A DNA stretch of 64,000 nucleotides from Cycas panzhihuaensis. Its lineage: Eukaryota > Plantae > Cycadophyta. The DNA is taken from the NCBI GenBank assembly GCA_023213395.1, contig CM041465.1:167903741-167967740 (forward strand), read 5' to 3'. Both the position numbers and the translations under genes were made by a program. Positions 44,374-57,500 of this stretch are shown here, one piece after another (position 1 is the stretch's first letter; the number at the start of each line of letters is the position of its first letter). The notes beneath the pieces were generated by a model. That model had not been told where the DNA came from, ran no database searches, and saw only the letters and a list, made by a program, of their open reading frames with translations.

Positions 44374-46300
44374 TTTAAATGATTTACCAAAGGCTTTAGT
44401 AATGATTTTATATGAAGTATTACATTGATTAATGGGTCTCCAATGGTTTAAAGGTATCAAACTATTATTCTTTAGTAATAATGAAATATGGATAGTATTT
44501 ATGATGGGATAAAGTTAACTAGTATAGTGAGTTTCCTCAATTATACCAACCAATAGTTGGGGGACCTCATTAGATTCTATGGTTAGAAGTATCTCTATGG
44601 GAATGTCATCTAGCCTAAGGGGATTTTCCATGGGGAAGAATTTTCATTATATTAAATATAACTATCTTTGAAATGGGATGACTTATAGAATCATTAAGCT
44701 CCTATTGAGAATCTACTTAAAAAGGTTAGACCTTTGATAGGAGAATTTGAGCAATTACCACCTTGGACTTTGCTAATCCTCGAGTTGTTTAGATGTCATC
44801 AAAGTGGTTTTGAACTTCTTCCTCTACTTAAAAGGATTTTCAACTTGGGATAGAAGCTCCTTGCCTTCTTTACATAAAATATAGATCCCACCAATGGAAC
44901 AATTATGGAAAATAACTTTCCATGAAGCTATTAGCCAAATGTTTTTGGTAATCCTATGTATTTCTAAGTCAAATATAATATGAGTCTCAATCAAAACTAT
45001 GAACTAGATGTTTTTTCAAAATATACTTGATCTCTAATTTTTTCCAAAAGTAAGGACCTATAATTCTTTTAATATTCCATATGATGGCTAAGATATCACA
45101 CTTATTTATTAGACTAGTTAGGAATCAAATCTTCTTTCTTAGTGATTGGTTGGAGTGTGATTTTGATGTGATAAGTCTTCTATAGGAGGGTTTTGATTTT
45201 TTAAACCTTGAATAGAAGGATTAAGAGTATTGTCCTATTAGGTTTCCATTACCAAATATGTGATGCAACCTCTTCCATGGGGGTATTGTTAAGATCTTCC
45301 CTTGATTCTCCTTAAGGATTAGTATACTTTATGCTTCCTTGGTTCTAATATAAGAAGAATGATGACTATTATAAGATTATATCTACTTTTTGCCTTTTTC
45401 TCTCTTGTTCTCTTATAATATTTAGGCCTAGTCTTAAAGACTAGAGTCCAAGTGTTTGGTATTTTCCTTTCCCTTTACTATAATTAGTAACAACTATTTA
45501 ATTTTCCTCTTCTATATTATATGCTAGATCTTCTTATCACTACTTATCATCTCTTGCTAAAGATGTAGGTAAATTACTTGTCATATTTCTTAGCATTTTC
45601 TTAAGGATTTGACAATTTTCTACCTAGGGTTCAGTTGCCTGAATCTACTTGGGTTACATTTGATCTAGAATCATTTCATCTATCCATGGATCTAGTTTAG
45701 AAGGAGCTTAGAGATTGAAGCAAAATTTCCTAACATGGCCAATATTATGGCAAGAAGTACATCTAAATAGGATATGCTCATAATCTAGATTGATTTTAAT
45801 TAAATAATTCATTAATAAAAATATGTTCTTTAAGAGATTTTTTTCATATCTAACTCCACACATATTTTAACAACTCCTTATATTGTATTATTGAGAGTGG
45901 TATCATCTAATTTAACTACATTTCCTATCATCACTTTGACTTTAATTAAATGTTCTCTTTCATAAAATTCATCAAGGAGGATTGTAAATCAAACCTAGAT
46001 CGGAACGTTTAAGGGGACAAGGTTATTAGGATCAAACATGGGCACTCATCACTAAAGAGTTAATTCCAAGATTTTCATGAACCACAAACCACCATAGAAA
46101 ATATTTTCTAGGTCTATAGGGTTCAAAAAAAATATATTGGAAAAAAAATCTTATCTTTTAATTCAAATACTACTGGTCCAATTAACAAGTTTCCCCATGT
46201 TGATTTAACCCATTATTACAATAATCATACTAGAGGATACATGTTATTAAACTTATTGATTAGGGTTTTGTCTTGGAGCATAATATATATATCTTGAATG
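44374..46300 (-). mobile_element. Old L1-type LINE, 5' part (ORF1, internally deleted endonuclease, RT N-terminus)
   Basis: CTSCHNIGHVRKFC near 45740; IIWNIK...LIETH near 45090; HWRPINQCNTSYKIITK near 44400-44450. Confidence 0.85.
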
Positions 46301-46970
46301 CCTTCTAGATGGAAAGTTATTATGTCCCTCTCTTGATTGATGTCCCTTGGTAATTCTTGTTACACATTCTTGTCATGAGTTAGTAATTGATTATCATGAT
46401 AGTGTTGTTGATTATGATTATTTTATCCTTCCTTATTGAAGGGAATAAAAACCTAAACTGAGTGCAAAATACTCTTCTATTGGAATTATGACAATCTTAT
46501 TTGGGCCTTATTTTGCTTTAATCTCTCTTGGAGGGATTCTGCAACCCATATAGACTAGGTTTTTATATTTTGAGGGAATGTGTTTATTTGATTATGAGCA
46601 TATAAGTGAATCTAGTCCATCCCTAATTAGTTTTCCCTATTTAATAAGTAGATCCACTTCCATATAAGAATAAAGGGAAAATAATAAAACAAAATGTATG
46701 AATATGTACCTATTAAAACTAGCAATGGTTAGGCCTCCCAAATGAATGCTTGGTAAGTTATACTTTTCTTTTCAAAACTATCCTTACTACCATTAGAATG
46801 GGAGATTCCACTCAAGGAAAATCATGGATATTAAAAGATAGTAATTGAGCTAGATAGAATGATAATCCATGGGCACCCAAACTAGGACCAAATTTAGAAG
46901 AGATAATATACCAGAAGAGTAATATCTTATCACTTGTGTCTCTTCATTGTTAGATTGCATAGATCTTATA

Positions 46971-47090
46971 CCATGGATCACTAATCCTCACTATCTATCA
47001 TAAACCCTCAACATGGATCACATACCCTTGCCACATATCACAAACCTCCACCATGAATCATAGACCCTTACTATAGATCACAAGTCCTTA
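46971..47090. repeat. 20-bp minisatellite, 6 degenerate units
   Basis: Consensus CCATGGATCACAAACCCTCA at exact 20-bp period. Confidence 0.85.
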
Positions 47091-48659
47091 CCTATTTTCC
47101 ATGGATTACAACTCCTTGTAGGATTAGATTCATGTAGTTTTAATAAAATGTTAATTAGATATTATTTTAAGAGAGAGACACCCTCATCATCATAAAGATT
47201 CAAATCATCACGATTGCTTTCTTGTAATTTTGTCCATCAAATGATTCTAAAAGCATAAGAGACAAAGGAAGAAGCAACCATGGAGGTTGAAAATAATCCA
47301 TTTTGGAGACTTTAGAAGCATATTCAAGTACTCTTCTTTTTCTTATCTCATTATAATCTTTACATTATTTCAAAAAAAGGAAGAAAAAAAAGACATTTAT
47401 TTCTTTCTCATGTTTCTTAAAAAAGAAAAGAAAAGAAAAAAGGCTTTTATTTCATTATTTAGTTCATTTTATTTTACTTAAAAAGAAAAGAAAAAGTTTA
47501 GTTCACTTACATGCATGAGCATTTGCTTTCTTTCCCTTACCTTTTCTAACATGTAGATTAAATAAAGAAAAAACGAAAAAAGGAAAGGAATTACATTTGC
47601 ACATCATTTGGTGTATGCTTATTGGTTAACCGACTGGAGTAGAGGGGACTTGCATTGTTGTGGGTCCTCAAATCAATGAGTCTAAAGCTTGCATTTAAAC
47701 TACGTCTTGCTTGCTCTTTTTATTTAAGAAAAAAAAAAAGTAGTTTTATTAGTATATATGTTGTTTATTCCTTTAGTCTCACTTCAAGGATATGATATCC
47801 CTCACCAAAAGGAGGGGTCATTTTGATTCCTAGTTAGATTTCATCACTAGATGGAATGAGTGACCTTATACCTTAGTTGAGTCAAGTTCTCCATGCCATG
47901 TTCCAAGTAGGAAACATCCATTGAGAGTAGTTGCTTCTTCTCTTTTCACCTTGATGGTAGTTAAGAGATATAGTTAGAGTTAAATGTGAGCATTGTTGGA
48001 CTTTCCATCATCATTTAGATGTGATTATTACTAGTATTGACTAATCCTTAGTAATTCACTCATGATAAAGTCATTAATCTAAGGTCTCACCTCTCCTCTA
48101 ATGAGTCCCTTCCTACTTTCTAGATTAACTCATGATGTAGGTCTCATTATAGGGTGGGTTAGTATAGGTAAATTGCTCTTGAGAGGAATAGTATTCTATG
48201 ATTAGGCATGTAGGCTTGTCTTTAGTTGGAGATACATATGCCCTAAGGATCCTCCTAGCTTATAAGAGCTTTTTATGGGGTATTATTTGGTCCTTTTGAG
48301 ATGCTTGTTGTATTAGTTTAGCTTACTTTTATTTATTTTTTTTTTATATTATGGTTAGGTATATTTCACTTTCTATTATGCATCATTACCTATTATTTAC
48401 TTGATTATACACTAAATAAGTGAATTATTATCTTAGTTAATTGATTAGTTTAGTGGTTTCTGTTATTCATCATCCTTATTTCTTAGTATATACACACACA
48501 CTTACTTGCCTCTAATGTAGGGTACCTCTTGATTCTACAAACATACTCACGAAGTGCACAAGTGCCTTGAGTGAGGATTTGAGTTCCTTCCTTCCTATAT
48601 AGTCTTGTTACCCTAGATCACTTATTAAGTCATATGAGCAACCACTCATTCTTGTCGAG

Positions 48660-49345
48660 TGATGTTAAACATTATTGAATGAATTAGAGAATTTGCCTAT
48701 GTCTTTGACCTCCCTCCTAATTATAAAATTCATAATGTTTTTCATGTGTCTTACCTTAAGCAATAACTTGGCTAAAATATAATCCCTCAAATCATGCTCC
48801 CCATTCTTTTCAATGAATAAATCCTCATAGTTCCACTAAAATTCATTGTCTTTAATCTTCAATGTAAACTTCACAATCAAATTATTATAAAATACTTGGT
48901 ATAATAGATCAATTTATTTAAGTATGTAGCCACCTAGTAACCTAATCACTTTGTTCATCAATATCCCCACCTTCTTATCTTCATGGACTTAACATCTTAG
49001 GGAAGGGGACATGTTATATAACTAGCTTAACTTTATAATTTGATTACTAGCAAATGTGAACATATGACTTTATTGTTAGTTCTAACTCTTAATATTTATA
49101 TGGGGGCCACTTACCCTTACCAATAACATTTAGGAAGGAGGCCTCTCTTGTCTATATAAGGCCTCATTGAATGATAGGTTATATTTTTTTATTTGTATGC
49201 TCAGTTTAACTAAGTGCACTTCAATGTAGTCTTTTGGTGATATTTTTATATTTAGTTATCTTTGATGAATAATAATATTTGTATTTTTTTAGTCCTCTTA
49301 TCTTACTCATTTGAGAACTATTCCATGGTAACTTCTATGGTAAGA
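48660..49345 (+). mobile_element. Chromovirus (gypsy) 3' remnant: integrase tail, chromodomain, PPT, LTR from 49012
   Basis: AYVFDLPPNYKIHNVFHVSYLK...KYLV...AT**P...YPHL; AGGGAAGGGGAC followed by TGTTA. LTR right end approximate. Confidence 0.8.
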
Positions 49346-51069
49346 ATTTAGAGCAGGTCTTCTCCACTAAGATCCTTCCCACATAGGATTCCAATTGTTC
49401 CACCTAACTCAACTCTTATTTACTATGTATCCATCTCATATATAACCATCTAAGCTCCTCATTTCCATGAGACCTCTATTATATTCCTCATTTCATATCC
49501 CTTATCCACGTCAAGTCATCTCCCTATTCCTAAATAATTATCTCTATTTAAGAGTTAATCCTTATAGACATAATTTGGAAGTAGTATAAAATATCTCAAG
49601 AAAAATGAACCTATAACTCAAAAACCCTAAGTTATAGCAAATATATGGCCTATTAGTTTAGTATAAAAGGATATTAATAGTGTTTAAAGGTAGACATAAA
49701 GAAAAAGGATATAAATTTCTCTATAGTGAGGGTTATTCCATTAGAGAAATAGGTTCTAAGGGATAAATACATTCTACTAGAAAGACACCATATGGAACAA
49801 AACTATAAAGCATGATAACATTAATACAAGAAACACCAATAGGTACTTTTAAATCATTAAAAACCTTGAATGGAAATAGATTTAAATAACCACCAATCTT
49901 AAGAGATAACCTATGGTATTTATTGAAGCTCAAATTTAAAAATACTTTAAGAATGATTCATGCCAAGAAGGAAAAAACTACTACAATTTATCAAAGATTG
50001 ATCCATGACCAAGTTGACCAAATGTAACCAAGCCCCAAGTGCATGCACAAAGTTTAAGTGGAAGGTGAATCATGGTTGAAGCATCATCCATCTATTACCA
50101 TGCTTTAAGGGTAAATTATATTAAAAAGAGAGAGGGAATTTTTACATGCCATCTCCTCTAAATAGACAACAACACCTTTAAAATTGAGAAAATGTTAAGT
50201 ATTTTATAATTATGATGTCAAAATAATTAGAATAATGTTATAAAATATGGATTTTATGTAAAGTTTCTTATTGATTTAAAAACAAGCGGTTGTGGATCCC
50301 AAAGAGACATTGTATGAAGTTGTTATGATGGCTTGAATTTTGTAGTCCTAAATATAGATTATTAGAGGCCAACTTTATGAATAACCCTAGATTAACATAT
50401 TGTGAAAATTTTTATGACATTAGATGTGCAACCTATATAAGGAGCGGTTAGGACATATGTAAGATTATGCTTTTGAATTTTGTATTTGTTTATTCAGTCC
50501 TTTAGGAGAAGGCTTTATTTAGGAGGCTCCCTTACCTCAAAGAGGGATAAACTTTTGTTGAGGACTCATATGAAGGTTTTATGGAAGACTCTTATAAAAT
50601 ATTTGTAATAAAGATACATTTTATTATTGGACATATATATATATATTATGAAGTTGCCATTTTTGTTATTATTTCATTTCCTTGTGCATTATTATAATTG
50701 ATACCATATCATTTTTTTCTTCTTTTCAATGTAATTTGGAGTGATTATTATCATTCTTTTGCTTCTATATTTTGGTAATTGATAGTAATTGAGTGTTCCT
50801 AATGTTATATATTATTATAATCAATGAAAGACATCATAGGATCTCCCGCATATATGATGCATTTTATATTTCATTATTAAAAATTTATGTATATAGTCCT
50901 AACCACACTGTAGATTGGTCTATTACTCAAGTATAATTTGGAGTGGATTTTTAAATATAATATATTTAGATATTAGACTAAAAGATAAAGTAGGTCAAAA
51001 ATGAGTCCACATGGAACTTGTAGAGACTATGTAAGAGACATATATATATATATTTATTGGGCATGGTTA

Positions 51070-52260
51070 GGTTAAGGACAATTATCCTTTTAAGAAGGAG
51101 AAAAATATAATACCCTCCTTAGTATCCATTATATATGATTCATTATATATTACATTTCCTCATGTATTTCTTTGTATTATGATGTAATCATCATTTATGA
51201 TAAATAAGAGTTAGCAAAGATCCTTATTAGGTATGTGAGATATACCTTAATACTTTTTTATATTTTATAGTATAATACTACATTATATAAGAGATGAGAG
51301 GCCTATGTGCATATGATACTACATGCAAATATTTTGTAGGGAAAGTGCATGTGTATTATAAATTATGTAAATAATAATCTAGATAATAATAAAATATGAC
51401 CATGTTACTCATGGGAGGGGAAAAAGTAAGAGAGCAAGTGAAAGATAAATTCCTAGGAGTATAGTATTAGAAGTCATGACACTTATACTTATTTCCCTCT
51501 TTAATAAAACCATTTGGTTATTAATATAATTTAATAGGTAAGATAACCAAATCCATACTTATATATGTATTTATCCCATCTAAAGTTGACCATTATAATT
51601 AAGGAAGAGGAAGAGAAGTGGGTATCTTATGCTCCCATGTAGAGGGCCCCAGACTAGACATTCAAAATACATTAATTAATTAGTAGATAAAATATACACA
51701 AAAGAAGAAAATTTTAGAAATAAAAATTGGAAGGAATTCCCTAAGCACCAAATTTCCATATTTAGTTATAAACCCATTGTAAAATTAAGCATACATAATA
51801 AGACAGTGGTGTCCCCTATTGATATATATCAAAATAGGTCCTCTTAAAAATACTGACTTCCTAATATTAATAAAACTAATTTCTACTCAATAGTTTTGGG
51901 ATTATTACAATCCCTCCCTTATTTAGAAAATACTTAGACCTTGAAGCATTATTATTTCTCACTTATGGATCTTAGATATATATTTTCTTGAATGTTGTTA
52001 TGCACAAGTATGAAAGATGTAACACATATCTTTAATCCACCTACTAAGGCCAAAATATCATAAGCATTGGGTTTACCTTTATGTCATCTTATTAAAGAAA
52101 CTCTCATGTATCTTGTTTATGATGGTACGTTGTTTAAGATGGCCTTTATATAAGACTTTGCACTTGAATAATCTTAGGATCTATGTATATTGACTTCAAC
52201 TTACTTGAGGCTTTACCTTCCATTTACACATTATGTTCATTTATAGTTATCCTTGAAAGG
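51070..52260. mobile_element. Decayed chromovirus LTR and integrase-tail remnants
   Basis: LTR-like segment of about 51107-51912 ending GGGATTATTACA, followed by minus-strand PPT AAGGGAGGGAT and a degenerate KL...Y..P integrase tail. Confidence 0.55.
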
Positions 52261-52449
52261 GGAGTAGAGGAATACAAAGGAAGGATATGAATTATGGAAA
52301 TGATATTAAAGAAGTTGATGCAATAAATTCAAAGAATAAATAATTAAAGACTAAAGGTAGCGAGGTAAGTTTAGTAAGATTGATCTGAATTTGAATGGAA
52401 AAGTGAAGACTTAATCCAATTGAAACAAATCCAGAACAAATTCATAATA

Positions 52450-53190
52450 ATATTACATTAATTTAAATTTTCTCTTACAAATTCCTTCTGTTTGTGCTCT
52501 ATTGAGCATGCGAAGGACTGCTACAACAAGTTGGGAGAGAAGAAAAGAGTGCAGGACACTTTTTGGGCTGTTGCATATTCTTTGGAACCACTGTCACTAA
52601 AGTTTGCATAGAGTTTTGGTTGCTGATAACAAAAAAAAATCTCTTTTCCTGGTGAAGAAATCCATCGATGTCTCTTTCTTGGACTGTTGCAGCTACTATT
52701 TTCCTTCCTTGGCTACAACTTCACTTTCTTGGCTCTTTTTCTATACCCATAATAGATTTTTGGCGCTGCTTTATTGCTTCTTATGCACTTCCATCATTTC
52801 CTCTCTCCTGCGTAGATTCTACATTTTTGGAGCCATTCTTTCTCAAGCAGAAAGTAATTTTAGAGAATCTTTCCTCTTGTCTTGCTCCTGGTACTGTGTC
52901 TATGGCTGCTGGCATCCTCTATCTTCTCCTCCGTCTTGAGATATTACTGTTATAAACCTTATAATGAGTGTTTCTTCTGCAACGGGTTTTTTATTTTTTT
53001 TGTTCTTTAATAGATTCAAAACGGCTAAAGAAATCCTAATTAAATCCATTTAATTAGGAGGTTTTTCTCTTTAATCATGTAGAGGAAATGTGTGAAAAGA
53101 TTCTCCTAAAATTCCATGTGAAATAGACTTCATTTACCCTGCCAAAAATGCTACTATTTTTTAATTTTTCTGTTTTTCATTTTCCTGTAG
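52450..53190. other. Non-TE-looking island retaining CG and CAG/CTG sites (possible regulatory element or non-coding exon)
   Basis: CT-rich plus strand with many intact CG/CWG sites, unlike the surrounding TA-rich decayed DNA; no recognisable protein motif. Confidence 0.4.
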
Positions 53191-53198
53191 TCTACAGA

Positions 53199-53345
53199 GT
53201 TGCACCTCAGTCAGCAGGGTTGCACCTGCAGTCAGTAGGATTGCACCTGTAGTTGCACTTAATTTCTCTTGCCGTTGCACTTGCAAACTACGTGGTTGCA
53301 GTTCGTTGCACTTGTAGACTAGTCGATTGTACTTAGTTATACTTG
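53199..53345. repeat. Array of GTTGCACY motifs
   Basis: TTGCAC or variants starting at 53200, 53220, 53241, 53253, 53275, 53296, 53306, 53327 and 53337. Confidence 0.85.
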
Positions 53346-53448
53346 AAGAATCTAAATCAATACAATCTACCTATCATATGTCTTATGGAACCTAAGTTAA
53401 TATACCACATATCATTGGATCTTGTTTCATGCTATTGACTAACATGTA

Positions 53449-54254
53449 ATAAATAAGAAATTTAAGGTAGCTAACTAGAGCTAGGAAACAAGCATCTTCA
53501 ACCTATATTTAATGCAAAATATAATAAAATAGCCAAAAATAAAACTAACCACTAGGCATGATTCTGTTCTATTATTGAACATTTATTTTTTAGTCACCTC
53601 ATTGAGATTGAGGTTAGTTGTAGCTAGTGCTAGCCCAATCGAAGATAGTAATGAAGATATTTAGATAAACTATAACTCCTCTTAATAAGCTTTTATGATT
53701 TGATTTCATTAATACTTGACATCAAATGAAAGAGAACATTGCTCGGCTATCTCGATGTTGCTACCAAAATAGGAATTATACTCATCTCTAGATAACCATT
53801 CTTTGGAAGGCTAATATGACCTAGGATACCAACACAAAGGGAGTTCCCTTTAGAGCTTGTCCTTATTCTTGCTTTAGGCCTTATGCTTCTTATTGGATTA
53901 CTCTGTCCCTTATTGAGATTTTCTATCCAAAGTATGAGAATATGAGCCTCATCATCTTCATAAGTCATAACAACTTTACTATCTATAATGATGTTCATAA
54001 AGGGTCCATATTCCATGTTCTCTACAACCAAAGTGAATATGGAAGAAGCTAGAGAGGATAGGATAATCCTTCTATCTTGTGCCATGATGGTACATGCCAT
54101 AACCTAAAGTTAATCCTCTTTTATCCCACATCACTTCCAATCTCTAGGCACATTCCTTTATGGTATTACATTCTAATAGAGCATCTCTAGTTTCTATTTC
54201 TACTAGAGATTTCATCAAGGATATGAGATGCATCTCCTCTAAAGTACTGACATG
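53449..54254 (-). pseudogene. Copia-2 gag fragment (inside the inversion)
   Basis: IILSSLASSIFTLVV copia-gag-like motif (ORF 53747-54100), running into the protease motif in the left arm. Confidence 0.65.
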
Positions 54255-55410
54255 TGAAAAGGGTTAATGTCACAAGGTCACTACATTAGTTGATTATTTC
54301 TAAAAAGGGTCTTAAGTAAACTTTAAATTAGATCACTTAAGTGAAATACACTTTCATGTGCATTATGTGTAATTTAATTTCACCTAACTCTAATGCTCCC
54401 TCTCTCAATATAAAAGTAAAATCTCAATGGAGGAGATTCATTCTTACCTCCCCATTTTGTGAGAGCTACTTTCTTTCTCTCAAGTCTCTCTTGCTCCCAT
54501 GTTTGCCTTTGTGTTTAGTACATGGAGATGAAGGATGGATCCAATCTTTTTATGTTGTATCAGAGCTTGCTTCCTTCATATTCCTCACTTACACTTGCAA
54601 TGGAGCCATCACTTCCTTTTCCCCCATAATACATATGGTGAAGGAGATTGTGAAAGTAGATTTAGAAATATTTTTAAGTTATTATGATAGCATATTTTGT
54701 ATTATTTGCTTTCCATTTCTCTTTTACAGGTTTGGAAGCACAATACAAGGAGTTCTAAGGCCTAAGGATTCCAATCCTTTGGTGGCCATTCATGCTATCT
54801 TATTTTTCTTTTTCTTTCCCCTTTTTTTGTCTATTTAATAAGAGGAAATGCTGCCAAAAGTTTTTTAGCATTTAGAAGAATGATTGTAAGGGGAGGTTTT
54901 ACCCTTTTTTTTTTTAAAGAATTTTGCCCCATTTAAAATATCCATCATTATATGCTCTCACCTTGCCCATATTGGGATCCTAGTGATAAAAAAATAATGG
55001 AAATTTCATATGGTATCATGTGTTAATGAGATATTAGCAAGCTAAAATTTTTGTAGAAATAAAATTTTCTTGCTGAACTTCATAGGTCTGTAAAATATTC
55101 TACAAAGCTCCAATTGATGTGATTCCAATTGTTAAAGATGAGTCTCTAAGTCTTCTTTCTATCATAAAAACTACCACCCAATTTTGATGTTGTATGAGGA
55201 AGTTATTGCTATTTTAGTAAACAACAATTATTTTTAGTAAAAATTCTAGAAAAATATAATCTCCTAACTTTGTGGGGTTGCCAAAAGCTTTTTAGAATGC
55301 ATTTGGACCTGATTCCACTTCTTAAAGATGATGCTCTGAGTCTATTTTGTACCACAAAAACTGACAATCTATTTCATCATCGTGGGAGAAAGTTATTGCT
55401 AATTTAATAA
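54255..55410 (+). mobile_element. Copia-1 copy 2: 5' LTR (54255-54552), PBS and truncated leader
   Basis: Homologous to 61371-62520 and to the reverse complement of about 22890-24015. Confidence 0.92.
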
Positions 55411-55414
55411 AGGC

Positions 55415-57500
55415 TACATGTTAGTCAATAGCATGAAACAAGATCCAATGATATGTGGTATATTAACTTAGGTTCCATAAGATATATGATAGGTAGATTG
55501 TATTGATTTAGACATATGTAAGAAGCTATCACCCATACATTTATTTTAGGTGACAAAAATATACTAACTATCAAAGGCATAAGAGAAGTCTCTATAATTA
55601 CTCCTAATTATAGTGATTATTATATGGAGAATGTATTATATATGCTAAGTTTGAAAATAAATTTGATCTCTATTAACTAAATTAAGGATAATGGCATGAG
55701 TGTTCTCTTTAAGGATGGGAAAGCCTTAATCAATGATTAAGAAGAAAAGACAATCATAGAAGGTGTAAGGGATAACCGTCTTTATAGGCTCTTAAGTAAG
55801 TTTGTAAACTAAAAGGCTTATTTGACCACTGACATAACTAATAAGATTCAATTATAGCATGAAAAGTTAGGACATTTGCATTTCTATGGCCTTTGGATGA
55901 TGAATAAATTAAATATGGTGTATGGTCTCTTAAAATTTAAGGCAAAAAAGGGTACTTATAAACCTTGTATATTTGGAAAGTATCATAGGGTAATATTTTG
56001 AAAAGGAAAGTATTAGAGAGTAACTAAAAAATTGAGCCTAATCTACTTTGATATCTATGGTCCTATGCCAATCACTTTACTTGGAGAAGCAAGGTATTTC
56101 ATGACTTTCATTGATGATTTTTCAAGAAAAGTATGGGTTTATCTATTAAAAGAAATGTCTTAGGCATTTAACATATTTAAGGAATTCAAAGTGAAAGTGG
56201 AGAATGAAAATGGATAAATAATTAAAATACTGAGATTAGATATTAGGGGAGAGAATACTTCTAAAGAATTTATCTAGTTTTGTAAAATTTATAGCATAAA
56301 GAAATAATTAATAATAACATATACTCAATAGAATGAAATTGCTAAAAGAATGAATAGAATGCTAGTTGACAGGGCCAAGTCAATCATGAAAGCTAAGAAT
56401 CTTTTAGAAATCTTTTAGGAAGAAGCAATATATATAACAAGTTAATTGATAAATAGGAGTATCACTAAAGTTGTATAAGATAAAATACCTAAAGAAGTAT
56501 AGTCAGGTCATAGGCCTACAACTAGTCATCTTCAAATCTTTGGAAGCATAATGCATATGCAGATTTCCAAATATGAACATTAAAAAGTAGTTTATAAAAG
56601 CTTGAAAAGTATTCTTATTAGGTACAATGAAGAGATAAAAGTGTATTGGATATATAAGATGATAACTAGAAAGGTTCATATAACTAAGGAGGTTATCTTT
56701 GAAGGAGATGACAAACAATTTAAATAAATCATCTCCAAAGAAGCTAATAAGTAGGTGATAGATCAAGGTTAATATCTATACATCTAGAATATTTGGCAAG
56801 ACAAATGTAAGTAGATTGAGAAATAGGATAAATCTAGTTATTCAAGTTAACAAGTTGTTGAGATAAAGACTAAGCCAATGGAGTAAGAAATTAAGGAAGA
56901 AAATTTTGAAGTTTCTCAAGAGACATAGTTATAACCTAAGTTTGTTCCATCTATCAAATTTCTTAAATGGTATATAAAGACCATTAAGCAAGTTAATTTG
57001 ATTGAGATAAATAGAAAATAAAAAATAAAAAATAAGGTTTGAGATATGTTAGTCTAATAATTTCAATTGGTTATATAAACATGAAGAGGAAGTGTTGGAA
57101 TTAATATTTAGATAAGGACAAGTTAGATAAGGATAAGTTAGTATATAGAAAGATTGATATATGAGTCATAAGGAGTTACTAAACTCCTAAATGGACTTGT
57201 AACATATGTCATGGAGTTATTAGGTGAGGATGTAATAAGTGTCAATCAGTTATATATTATTTTATGGATTGTTATTGAATCATATTATATATTAAGATAT
57301 ACCATATATGTATTAGAGAGAAGAATGTAGATAGGTCATTCTAAATGATAACTTGAAGGTTATAGATAGACAAATTCTACTTGGTAATTTCTTTCTTATC
57401 TTTCTGATGAATTCATATGTCATTGTTAAGCGATGCTTAGATGCGTTATTATTGATTATTAATTTTAAGTTCCATGTTAGATCCTTTAAAACTTACAACA
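55415..57500 (+). mobile_element. Copia-2 protease-integrase remnant, RT/RH absent, PPT and LTR (57093-57500)
   Basis: WYINLGSIRYMIG (decayed WY.DSG..RHM.G); KLGHLHF; DIYGPM...YFMTFIDDFSRKVWVYLLK; GAAGAGGAAG then TGTTG...CAACA. Confidence 0.85.

Larger units (their letters stand above)
53351..55512. repeat. 98-bp inverted duplication (53351-53448 / 55415-55512) bracketing an inverted 2-kb segment
   Basis: The arms are reverse complements with one mismatch. Confidence 0.95.

Noticed and set aside
52695-52736. Two CTTGGCT sites complementary to the 5' half of miR169 (possible target mimic)
   Set aside because: Pairing is good for only about 10 nt and the 3' half needs several mismatches or bulges; plausible by chance in CT-rich DNA. 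No miRNA-like precursor hairpin was seen.
52604-52955. 111-aa and 95-aa hydrophobic ORFs as a host gene
   Set aside because: No recognisable domain; composition follows from CT-rich sequence. Kept only as part of the island finding.
53199-53345. CRISPR-like repeat-spacer appearance
   Set aside because: Repeats are only about 8 bp, spacers are short and related to each other, there are no cas genes, and the context is plant TE DNA.
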